DNA from: Chlorokybus atmophyticus | Taxonomy: Eukaryota > Plantae > Mesostigma and Chlorokybus algae | NCBI GenBank assembly: GCA_009103225.1 | Contig: RHPI01003488.1 | Coordinates: 124,001 to 188,000 of the forward strand | DNA: 64,000 nt | Direction of reading: 5' to 3' | Part shown: positions 1 to 10,939 of the stretch, in pieces | Position numbering within the stretch: position 1 is the stretch's first letter | Layout of the letters: each line of letters opens with the position of its first letter | Program-made: the position numbers and the translations under genes | The notes under the pieces: generated by a model | What the model was told of the DNA's origin: nothing | What the model saw: only the letters and a program-made list of their open reading frames with translations | Database searches by the model: none

Positions 1-539
1 CACGCGTCGGAATCCAGGTGGTATGGCTCGAAGCATGCTCTTGCAGTGGCATTCGTGCAGTGCAACAACGGCCAAGGCCTGTCGGCCTCCGACATGGGGC
101 GGATCATCAAGTGCATCCGAAATGCACACTTCCTGACGGAAGAGCTCCAGTGGGAGACCGGTGTGCATGTGGCCAGCTACCTCCGGACCACGATTGCTTT
201 CTCTCAGTCTGAGGTGTGTTCACGGTGTGCGGTGCATGTGCTTAACCATCAGAGCCATGTCACATATGCACATGCGAGTGTGCTGCCGTATCAGAACTAC
301 GTGACGGCTGACCTGCGCAAGCCTTGAGACCCTGAGGATCAAGACATCTGCGTCACATATATGCCGGCCAAGGTCTGTGAAATGCAGTACCAAGGTCTGT
401 GAAATGCAGTACCTAATGCAGTATCGATGCAGTATCTATTCTGAGGCCAGCATAGTAAGTAATGCTCTTGGTCGGAGCAGGCATGGCTCGCGCGGTTGTA
501 TGGCAATCCACATGCCGCCAATGGCTTCAATCTCCAGTA

Positions 540-1740
540 CACTAATAACAAGCATAGCTTTGGTGTTTGTTACGGCCTAGCTACTATAGCTGGTCATGTA
601 CAGTGTATATATAAGTTTAATTAGCGAGAAACAAAAGTTTAAGAAACCTTGGTTGGATTATCTGGGTTTGTTATGCAAGCTTTGAATGCGTGTGTTTGTG
701 TTTGAGCTTTAACACGAGTGCAATGCATCGCTAATTATAAGCTTGGCTGGTTAGAGCATTTACATGCATCTAATTAGAAGTGGTTGACCAGGAATTACCC
801 TATTCATGTATGTATGGGCGTCTTGAGTAGGAAGATAAAAGCACATGGCTTTAGTATAATGATTTATTAACGCGATGTGGGCTTATGGGGCCAATCGCAT
901 AAAACATCATAGGAAAAAGCATGTGTAATTATAAGGTTCATTTAGGCCAATCCAAGGCGGCTTATTTGGATCAATTGACTAGAGCGAAGTAGCCTACCTA
1001 GGGTGAACAAAAAGGACTTTGCGAAATGAGTTCGCGAAGGGGTTGATTCACCTGCGAAGTGAATCAACATAGTGAACTAAAGTAGTTCACTAGGGGTTCG
1101 TAAGTGAACTAAGTAAATCACCCTAATATGAGAGGACTAATAGAAGAGAGAGCCAAAAGTGAATCACTGGTGAACTAAATTAGTTCACTAGTAGAGTGAT
1201 TCATAATGCCGACAAGGTAGTGAACTAAAGTTGATTCACTGGTGAATCAACTATTAGATCACTTCGCGACGCGACGTCGCGACAGAAAATCGGCTAAGGC
1301 ATTGGCTCCCTCCCGCGTGTGCCAATACGCAGCGCCTGGCAGCGCCGCCTGCCATGGCCGCAAGCACAAAAATCGCGGATTCGCATTATTGGTCACTTTG
1401 CAGAATGCCAGTGAACCACTGCCGGTTGAACTAAACTAATCACTTGGGTGAGTGAATGGGGATCTGGTAGAGGGCTTTGGACCAAGTAGGTCTTAGCCAA
1501 GATAGTTCCTAGTAAAGCTCAAGGCGATGGATTTCGCCATAAAAAAGGAGCCAGTCGCGGGTGGAGGGTAGCCGCCGCACGACTTGAGCTCCGGGCTTTT
1601 GGGGCTAAGTTAGGGGTACCTAGGCTAGGTGACCATAACCCTTAAGTTACCAAGTAATTGTTCATACAATGAAAGGTGATTAAGGGAGTGTACAGTCACA
1701 ACATGTAATAGTGTGTGATCACTGTGCATAGTTTTTAGTG
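540..1740. mobile_element. Non-autonomous CACTA-like insertion interrupting the transposase
   Basis: Transposase homology stops at FNLQY (~540) and resumes at ISPPRGVTFSHP (~1743). The interval starts CACTA (540) and ends TAGTG (1740), with degenerate ~19-bp TIRs (cactaataacaagcatag vs rc cactaaaaactatgcacag). No clean TSD and no ORF. Confidence 0.5.
1042..1282. repeat. Cluster of short perfect hairpins built from GTGAA(C/T)(T/C)A motifs
   Basis: Stems read directly: 1042-1051/1059-1068, 1070-1079/1083-1092, 1170-1178/1180-1188, 1229-1239/1242-1252, 1264-1270/1276-1282. Confidence 0.9.
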
Positions 1741-4264
1741 TGATTTCCCCTCCGCGCGGCGTAACATTTAGCCATCCTTCCACGAGCGATTGGTGGAAGG
1801 ATGTGGAGGTGGATTTGAGGAGAGAGGTGGGGGAAGCGTCCTACTTAGAGCCTGCCATTCTGTACAGTGACAAGACCACGCTGGACAGCGCGGGCAAGCG
1901 CTCTGGCTACCCTCGGATGGCATCGCTTGCCAACTACAGTTGGGACATGTATGCTAGCAACATGGGGGTTGTTGTGATAGTGCTTCTGCCGGTGGTTCAC
2001 GCAGTGGCCGGGCATCCCACCTGGACGCAGGGCAAGGAATCGTTCTCCATTCGGAGACGTGAGATTTTTCATGACGCTTTGAATGTAGTGTTAGGGGATG
2101 TGAAGCGGGCGAGTTGGGAAGGTCTGCAGCTCGTCGACCCGCATGGCATCGAGCGTCGTGTGTTTCCCGCGCTTGCCAACTACATCAGCGATTTGCAGGT
2201 AGTGGGCATGAATGGTTGTAACCGGATGCAGCCTGCCAGCAAACAGTGCATGGAGGATGTTGTCAGTAGAACATCTGAGTTTGTCGTGTTGTAGGAGACT
2301 GCCACACTCGCACGCACTGTGTCGGGCAACCAAACACGACATCCTTGCGATGTTTGTCTCGTCACCAAATCAGATGTGTTGGAGATGAATGAGGACCGGG
2401 AATTGAGAACCGAGGCCTTCTACACACCAGCAATACGTCAGCTGCGGGCGGACCTGCATAGCGGTGTTAGGAATGCACGCGAGACAGCCAAGGCTTTCAG
2501 AGAGCAGCACGCCATGCATGTCGAGGAGGTAATGGTTAAATTATCGGCATTGGTGAGGATGAATGGCTTTCCGTGAAACCAGGCAATGTGGTTTGGCATC
2601 AGAATGCACTGTGGGGTTGGCGACAGTCGCGGGTGCCGGGAGCTGACTGCTACTCTCGTCTTGCCCCTGACGCAATGCATGTGCTGGGAGGCATCATTGA
2701 CCACCTGCTTGCTGCTGTGTACGACGCCGCGAAGAAACGAATGCGTCCATCCACGAGGCAGATTCTGCAGGCCAGGCACGTCTTTGGTGTTGCTTTTGTG
2801 TTCAATACAAAAGCCAATGACACGTGCTCACAAGCAGATGTGCACAGGCCGAATGCATGCAAGGCGACTCTGCGGGTTTCGCACTTCAAGGCACCCACAA
2901 GCACAGTAGATTTCTTCCTGTCCGACCACTCCTTTCAGGTGGCGGAGAAAGTGGCGGTGCTGCAGCTGCTGCCGGTCCTCGCAGACGGTTTGCTGCTCGA
3001 CAGTGAGGGCAACGATTTCTTCACCATTGCTGCCGCATCGCTTGCCCAGTGGAACAAGAAGTTGCTCAAGGCGCATGAACACACAAGAGAGACCCTGACC
3101 ACAGCCGACAACGAGCTGGCTGCCTTTAAAGCTGCAGTGTTGCATCCGCTACTGTCGTCATATTCTGCACAGAAGTCAGGTTGGAAGATCGAGAAGATGC
3201 ATCAGCTCACTCATTTTGGGCCGGCAATTGTCAGCAGTGGACACCAAGATTGGTTCAGCGCCAACCGCATGGAGCAGACGCACGCCCAAAATATCAAAAC
3301 GGTGGGCGTGTGGTGGCAACAGCCGGGACTACCAGACACGTATCCTGAAGGCATGGAGCTGTGCGGAATATGTCAGAGAGGATGGCATGGTCGTGGATCC
3401 CGAGATGCGCTCGGTCATGGCGCAGGCGCGGCAGCAGTGCTGTAATGTCATGGAGAAGACGGACAAGTTGCTACGGATGGATGTGCTTACAAGGAGGGAG
3501 TCCAGCCCGTACTGGAGCGGATCTGCGCGTAGCCGCCAAGTCGCCTTGAAGACTCCATACGCCGACAAGCTGCCTGCCACCATGGACAACTGGTTGAGGA
3601 GGGAACAACTGGAGTTGGTCGACGAGTGGCGTGCTGTTCGCGTGGTGAACGGAGGCGCAGCGGTGTACATGACATCAGGAGTCAGCATGGCGCGCGCAAC
3701 TGGGATGTTCCATGGGCGGCCTTGGTTCTCTACACTTGAGTTGGAAGGTGATGAGGACGGTGTGAACGTGACGTGGTGGGCTTAGGCACTCCTTTTTCTG
3801 CGCTTGGTGGTGTGGGGTGGTAGCGGCGAGCGCGTGTGGATGGAGGTCGTGTTTGTCCGCTAGTACACGAAGCTGGATGTGACGAGCGACACGAAGTGCA
3901 TTGCTCTGGAATGGGAAAAGCGTCGAGGCGGTCCACATCTCGATGTCGTGACTCTGGAGCAAGTAAAAGGCATTGTCCAGCTGCTCCCCATGTTTAACAA
4001 GGACAGCGCCCGTGTACAAGAGGGCAAGTATTGGGTGAACGTTCACTGCACTTCCACGTGACACATGTACTTGTCTCACTACTCTGAGTTTGGAGCATAT
4101 CAGTCAGTTAGGCATTGCTAATCGTATGCTAAGACTTTTGCATGTGGACGTGTACAATACCGGGCAGCTGTCACTGCACAACTGTCACCACAATTGAATG
4201 TGCCATGCAACATTCAACAATTAGTCCGCCGTGTGGCATTAAGCATCAATACAGTGCACCACAC

Positions 4265-5993
4265 TCAAGCCTCATAGTTCCATGACACAGGAGGGTAGTC
4301 ACAGCGCATATCCATTGTTTCAAGCATGAGACGCCCTATGCACTCCGCCATTGCGGGAGGAACTGCATTCGCTATGGAAACGGCCGAGGTCATCCATGGC
4401 ACTCCCAGCGCTGTTTGCCACGCAGCAATGCCGCCCCTTGTGCTTGGAAGGCCATAGACCGGGTACATCTGCTGTGGCGCGTTTGATGTCACGATTGTCT
4501 TCTTCGCGCTAGCGGACCGGTGCGGCGATAGCAGTCCAACTGCCTTGCCCGCGTGCGAGCAGCGTGCTGGTGGGGTAGCTACCTCTGGCTGTGTTTCAAA
4601 CAGACGGTGTTGGAAAGTTGATAGGCCAAACATCGTGCCACAAAGGGACAGATTGGGTCTGAATGAGGCAGCTGCTCCTGGCACATTCTCAATCACAAAC
4701 TTGACCTGGCTTGCAAGCATCAGACGTCGGACGAGCGGTATCATATCCTGGTGTCTCAAAGATGTGCCATGTGCCGCCCGTTGAGGTGCCGGGATAGCAC
4801 CTGAATAGGCCTGGCATGGTGGACTGGCCCAGATGAGCTCGTACTCGCTCAGCTCTCCTGCACTCAGGGTGCATACATCGCGGTGTATGAAGGGCAGCGG
4901 GTACTCAGAGGAGGGACTTATGTACATCCCGGTCACGTCAAAGCCTGCATGGTATAGACCGACACTGGCACCGCCACCGCCGCAGAATAGGTCGAGTGCC
5001 CTTGGTCTGCGTATGCGTCCCAGCTTGTTGTCAATTGGCGTGTACGTGGTCAAGGCTGGCCGTGGTGCTGGCCTGGGTCTAGCAATGATGCCGTCCGGGC
5101 TTACTTTGCGACTGACGTTCTCCCCTCCGGCGCGCAAAATATGGCGTGCCCCGTCAACTGATGTGTACGCGAATACGTTGTGCCCTTTGAAGTTGATGGT
5201 TTGTGGTCGATCACCGTCATCGAATACTATACGATGCTGCGCTGCAAAGACATTTTCCATTGCACCATGCATATATGATGCGTCCTCAATCTCGCACGCC
5301 ACGAAGCGATGCTGACCTGACGCTTGCTTTAATGATTCCACAACGCCCGCATACCATTCCCCATCCAGCGGCCAATGCACCATGACACTCACACAAATCA
5401 GCTGCTCGCATCCCAACTTAATCGCGTTCCGCAGCCGATGCAGTGCGCTGTCCAACAGTCGATGGTCTGCCTCCTCTACAGCGGCCAGGGGATGGAACTG
5501 CCCACGCCCACACCGTGGAAGACTGCTCTGAATGCGACAACAGCTTCAACATGCATGAAATAAGCATACGCCCAACATAACATGCAGTGATACGTCGCGG
5601 TCCACTCTTGTGGATTACCTCCACAGCATCCACCACCTGTCCACTAACCACATGTCCCGGTGTTGTCCATGTGAAGAAGCGCATGGGTTCCCCTCGCCAC
5701 TCGAAGCATGAGCGCGAGCACGATTCGCACACACACTGCACGCAATGGAAAAACTCGGGTTCCTTGCACAGCACTTGGCCGAGACGGCAGCCAAACACGT
5801 CGACATTGTGTGTGGTGTGATGCCAGCAAGCAGCACTAAAACCGTGGCACACTGTCTGCACTCGCTGGCATTCGGTCAAGTGTGCTCGCATTTGCTGCCT
5901 ACGGCCATTGGCACATACGTACGCATTGCATTGTGGGCACACCAAGCATGGTCTCCTAGGTGAGGGTGATTCAACTGCTGCCGCCGACATCAT
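4265..5993 (-). CDS. Cys-rich/Zn-finger + Tudor + C5 cytosine DNA methyltransferase (3 exons, ~520 aa)
   Basis: Exons 5993-5619, 5527-5317 and 5241-4265 joined by GT-AG introns (91 and 75 nt) give one open frame. Tudor signature VHWPLDGEWYAGVVES...HRIVFDDGD. MTase motifs: I LDLFCGGGG, IV WASPPCQAYS, VI ENVPG, VIII LCGTMFGL..QHRLFE, X LGVPWM...NAVPPAMAECIG. Confidence 0.9.
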
Positions 5994-6474
5994 GCAAAAT
6001 AGGAATCGGCACGGCTGCCCACAAACTGAGCGAGACTTTAGGGTATGGGCATCAGTTTAAGGTTGCCAGCTTACGAACCCTATGGGTCAAACTTCAAGTG
6101 CAGCACGACTGTACCAAGGACGCTATTGCAAACCCATGCATGGTACTACATCAACATGAATGGTACTCCATCTTTTGATGGTACTACAGTACAAGGGTAC
6201 TCGCATACTACCACGATTGTAGAGTAATACTGTGCTGTCATGCCATGGAACCCAGAGCGCTGTCCGAGTTTATTGATGTCAACCACGCTCTAAACCAGCG
6301 AGGTATGCAAGCCATGCACTGACTCATGCGCCGGGCAGTCATCATACACATGTACAGCCAATGCTTCTAACAACAGCAGATCTCTGGTGCACCATGCACC
6401 ATGCTGCAACTATACATGTACCTACATGGTTCACAGGAAGCCAACACAAAACTACAATACATGCACAATTGGCA

Positions 6475-9400
6475 TCAAGGCGGGGGCCAAATCACCGCCG
6501 ACACGTTGGCGTCTTGCATCAGGCGTGGCGACCAAAACGGGTGAGGTTGCTTGCAGAATGGACACGCTTGTAGATTTTTTGATTTATTTGCCACAGTCTT
6601 CTGATGTGCTATGATGCAGACATGGCACATCGCTTTCTTGCAACAGGGCGTCTCCCCATTCGCTGGGGGGGGGTGGCTTTTCAATGCAACAAATCAGCAC
6701 ACATGATGCACGCGGGTGTGCAAGCTGCCTGTGCCACCAAACTCTGTTATCGCGTTGCAGGCGTAGCGACTCCCATCTGAATGGCGCAGCATACCACTCC
6801 ACTGCCTGCTTGATCACCTGTTGCCCATCTGCCGCCATACACCACCTGCTGGTCTTGGTGGTCTCGTCCAGCATGCGTTCATCCAGGCCCTCGATATGGC
6901 TGTCGTCACTCGTGTACTCCCCCGCATCGTCATTTTCTTCGAGCTTCCATAGAATCAGCTCGACGTGCCGTATGACATACAGCCACTGCCAGCCAAAGCA
7001 TGCCAAGTACAGCTCGTATGGTTTTACTTGCCACCCGGTATGTTTACTTAGTGGCACACATCTCGACCCGCATTAGTCGACATCGACAGGTACATCTGCT
7101 GCAGCAAGTCGAAGTTCTGCTCCGCAGATAGCTCTTGCACATTGCCGAGTTGCTGCGGCAGCAACAACACCATTATAACGAGGACGGCGAGGGGCAACAA
7201 CGTACTAAGGATGGCCATATCGTGTATGGGTTCCAACCACGGCCAATCCCCAGAGGTCTGCTGAGACCGCACTCTCCGCGTTTGCTCCCACTTATTGCAT
7301 ACTTTCGTCACCCACCTCGAGGCATGCCGCATGCGGTGATGCAGCGCGTCTTGGGCGTACTGTAGGGTGATCAACTTCTTTGCACTACGAGTCAGCCCCT
7401 TAAATCGTCTGCGCGTAGGTGCTTTGAGCTTAGGCAGCTCGTGCCGCACCGGCTGTCTCTCTTGACGATGCTGAGCAGCCACTTGACGCTGTAAACCCGC
7501 CTGTGCCTACTCAGGACACACATTCAGCCCCAGTGAGGCTTCAAGGCGCTGTGCTTCTTCTAATGTTGTAACGATGCCTCACCTTTCCTTTTTTGGTCCT
7601 GTCAGCGTCCTTTGTTCCAACAACCTTCTTCTTTTTTTTTTTGTCACCCTGCACATCTTGGCAGGCGCTCTCCGTGGCACTGTCACTCAGAGGAGGTAAG
7701 GCGTTATCTTCTTGCTCCACAGCCTTGCGCTTGTTGGTTGCCTCCCGTTCCTCCACGACCTCATGTTGCTTCATGAGGTCGAGCATGAAGCCTTTGTCTT
7801 TCAGCGCAGCTTTCAGGACACCTCGATCAATCTCTTTACCAACAAGACAGGCTGGGATCAATGTGGCAAGCTTAGAGGGAGAGGGCGAGCTACAGATGCT
7901 TCTTGATGGAGATGCCTCCGGATGGTCAGAGTGCGGTGGCAAGTGAGTCTCCGCGGCAGGAAAGGAGGGTGCTAAATTGGGATGGCGAGCATGTGGCTGT
8001 GGTTGAGGGGAGGCAGATGTGCAGAACACTCGGCTGCTTCTTGCCTAGCACACGAAGGCGAGGCCTGAGGCGTTGGCGCAGCACTCTGGGTCACAGCCGG
8101 TGGTAGCGGGGAATTGGCAACGCCATTCCGCCACTCTCCGATCAAGTATGTTACCTCCGGTGGCACTTCATGCATAGGCCACAACCACTGTTCGGTGCTT
8201 GCAGGCTTGCAAAAGGCTTGCAAAAAGCTTGCAAAAGTGTGCTTCTGGCTCACCAGGAGCAGTGCTGCCCACCACCAGGACTGAGTTGGGGGCTTCTTTA
8301 TTTTCAACCCAAACTGCGCTGCCGGGCCGTGGCACCCACTCCCCATGCTCGCGCTGAACGGTCACGCAGCCAATCAACAAGCCCAGCTTGTTGGCAAACA
8401 TGGTCATCTGCACGTGCTTGACGTACACATCTTTTCTCCGCACGATTTGTCGCACCTTGGCCATGGCTAGGTCAATGTTGCAGTTGACATCAGCCAACAT
8501 GGTCGCAGGCAGTTTGTCGTAATACTGCGCCATCTCTCCCGCGGCACCAGTGGCTCTGCAGAAGTCTAGGATTCTGCTCGCCACGTCTGCATCGACAGCC
8601 TTGGCGGTGATTTTGCAGAAAGTGTGCCCCCTGCCGTCGTCGTCCATGGTGTCCAGCATGGCCCAAAATCTGCTTAAGCTGGGGCACTTGTGATCATCCA
8701 GGATACTTTGCTCTATGGATGGCCTGGCGCGAAATACACAATGGTAGAAGTAATTACCATCCGTTGGCGCATTGAAGTGGTCCCATGAGGCGAGCTGGCC
8801 ACCTAGCATGACTGATGGCCGTATGCGGGTTGCGGCCAGCTCCTCTGATGACTCGCTGGCAAGTGGTGACCCCTGCTGCATGCGCATACAGCACTCAAAT
8901 GGTGTGTCCAACAGTGGACAGCAAGAGTCACAGTGACTGATAAAGTACCTGAGTTTGGGGCAGACTGCCGGCTTCGACTTGCAGCGGGTGGGGTATGGTA
9001 GGTGCAGAAGCCACATCGGTTGTTGCATTGTGCTGTGGTCTCGCCGGTGGCGGCAAGAAGGATTGTTGCCCCAATCATCGGTGCTGCTCGTGGAGGAGAT
9101 GGAAGTGCATGAAGGACTGGTGCCGCGGAAGGTGGTTGCGCTCTGGCTGGGAGGGGAGCAGGAGCTGCAGGTGAGATCACTTGTGCATGCAGCAAGGGGG
9201 GCTGTATACAGGACCCAGGATAAGATGGCTCACAATGTTGCAAAGGACGAATATAAGCTTGTGCAGTGCCTGACGCATTGTTACCAAGGCACGAGCATAA
9301 AAGACAGCGACTTACCACAATGGCCCGTGGGCTGCATGGAGCAGGGGAAGCCATGGGGGCAGACAAGGTGGTATTGGGTGCACTCTCCCCGCCACCCTCG

Positions 9401-10540
9401 ATGGCAGACTCGTCACGGAGCTCGTGAGCCATGGGCACATCATGCGCCACTGCCCCAATAGACATGTCGGGATTCAACAGGCCAACATGCATGTTAAACT
9501 GATGCCGCATTGCCGCCGCGCCCATCAGCAAGTGGGATTGAAGGACCAGTTGATGGGATTGAATCCAGGCTTGCGTAGGAGCTTCAACAGGACCTAGTGC
9601 ACTGTGGTGCTGTCAACCAATCACATGTGGGTTAGCTGCATGCTTGCGACACTGCAATTGCAATAGTCAACTGCGTCACACCGTCATCAGTTGGTTGCTT
9701 CGAATAGTCACCTGCATCATTGCTGGTTGATGCACGAATCATTGCATAGACTGCGTCATTGCTGGTTGATGCACTATTGGTTGAATGCCTGACAAATGGC
9801 CACGCGCTCCGATGCTCAAACCCAGCCTACTTCGTTCGGCACGCGCGCGCGACTTCGCATGCTCACGCACATCCTAGCATGCAAAGGTAGGCATGCATTG
9901 GAGGTGCATGCAGCCAACATGCACAGCGAGATTGGCAACAACATGCCGCCGCCCAGCTCTGTCTATCTGCTCTGGCTTAGGGTTGGGCTTCCGCAATGTC
10001 GGCTTGACTGTAGGGTGGGTATGGGTGAATAGTGGAGGCCTGCAGCCATGCTACATATATCACATGGACTGCGCTAACAAACAAATTGCTCTAGCAAGGA
10101 AATGCATGTGACTGTTGAGCGTACCTTTGCATTCCTTTGTGCTTGTTCCCACAGCCGCAATTGGTCCCGCATGGTTCTGACAAGGGGCTCCAAGGACTGC
10201 AGCTCTTGATCCACTCCTTGTTGCATACAGCGAGCCACCAAGCAGCTCTCTGTGTGGAGATGGTCTTTATTGTCTTGCCTGCTGGTTTGTCCAAAGTTGG
10301 TGATGCATGTTGCACAGCCCCATTGCTGACGCCTGCCATGATCTATGACGTGGCGACCGGTAGTAGCTGGCTTCGCTGCTTGAACTCTTACGACCACAAC
10401 TTCTCGCAAGATGTGCCACGCCGCCGCCGCCGCCTCCTCCTCCGACTCCTGGTCCTCCGCCTCTTAGTCGAACCCAGGCCCATCAAGCCTGACATTCGAC
10501 CCGTCATCGACCTGGTGCCCCTGCGTGCCATCATCCGGCC
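6475..10540 (-). pseudogene. Multi-exon cargo gene: N-terminal C2HC-like finger, OTU-like protease domain, low-complexity linker, C-terminal RING-like finger (disrupted)
   Basis: Exon chain with GT-AG junctions. OTU-like PTDGNYFYHCV...EAHF at ~8780-8240. RING-like C..IC...PCLH...EDC...CPFC at ~6700-6550. Several stops and frameshifts (TAA 6584-6586, 11-bp triplication 8204-8236, TG duplication near 7058). A single-gene model is inferred. Confidence 0.55.
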
Positions 10541-10596
10541 ATCAATGAAGCGTGTTTGGGTGAGTGCACGCTAACTCCCATTTGGGCTGATCGAGC

Positions 10597-10760
10597 AATG
10601 CCTCTGTCGTACCATGGATGGTACGACAGAGCCATTGTAGGGCAATGGCTGTGGTTGGGCGAGAGATGCCTCTGTCGTACCATAAATGTTACGACACAAC
10701 TATTGTTACCAATGGTTGTACGAAGCATGGATGGCACGAATGCATAAGTCGTACCATCAA
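10597..10760. promoter_or_regulatory. Divergent intergenic region with a perfect 14-bp hairpin and repeated TCGTACCAT/ATGGTAC motifs
   Basis: ctctgtcgtaccat (10602-10615) + gg + atggtacgacagag (10618-10631). A second imperfect copy lies at ~10672-10696 and another GTACCAT at ~10751. Confidence 0.55.
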
Positions 10761-10939
10761 CCATAGGAGCAAGGACGCACTACAAGTGCGACTATAGCGC
10801 GGGACTCTAGACGTTCAAAACCGCCTAATTTTCGTTTTCGCGCCTCGTACATTCGGGCGGGCCAACCGGCGGCGGCAGCGTTGGAGGCGGCAGCGCCACT
10901 ATCAGCTAAACAGGCGGCACCCGACTATCAGTTGGAGAG

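Larger units (their letters stand above)
1..4061 (+). pseudogene. Plavaka-type transposase (spliced, 5'-truncated by window edge, disrupted)
   Basis: Motifs in the expected order: LYGNP, TSDWW, PAILYSDKTTL...YP...LAN, YISDLQ|E...CDVC (GT-AG intron 2199-2294), PDAMH (intron 2529-2602), KMHQLTHF...G..D.FS...EQTH, NSRDY, and a C-terminal DVVTLEQVKGIVQLLP..YWVN. Lesions: TGA 325-327, insertion 540-1740, +1 frameshift in the A-run 3296-3299, TAG 3783-3785, TAG 3861-3863. Confidence 0.85.

Noticed and set aside
369-412. 22-bp tandem duplication that copies a transposase splice donor
   Set aside because: The first donor remains usable and the copy is intronic, so no functional consequence is evident.
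4265-5455. Endogenous giant virus or phage/bacterial contamination as the source of the MTase region
   Set aside because: The gene has spliceosomal introns and a eukaryotic Tudor domain, it sits beside a spliced eukaryotic transposase, and no viral hallmark genes are visible.
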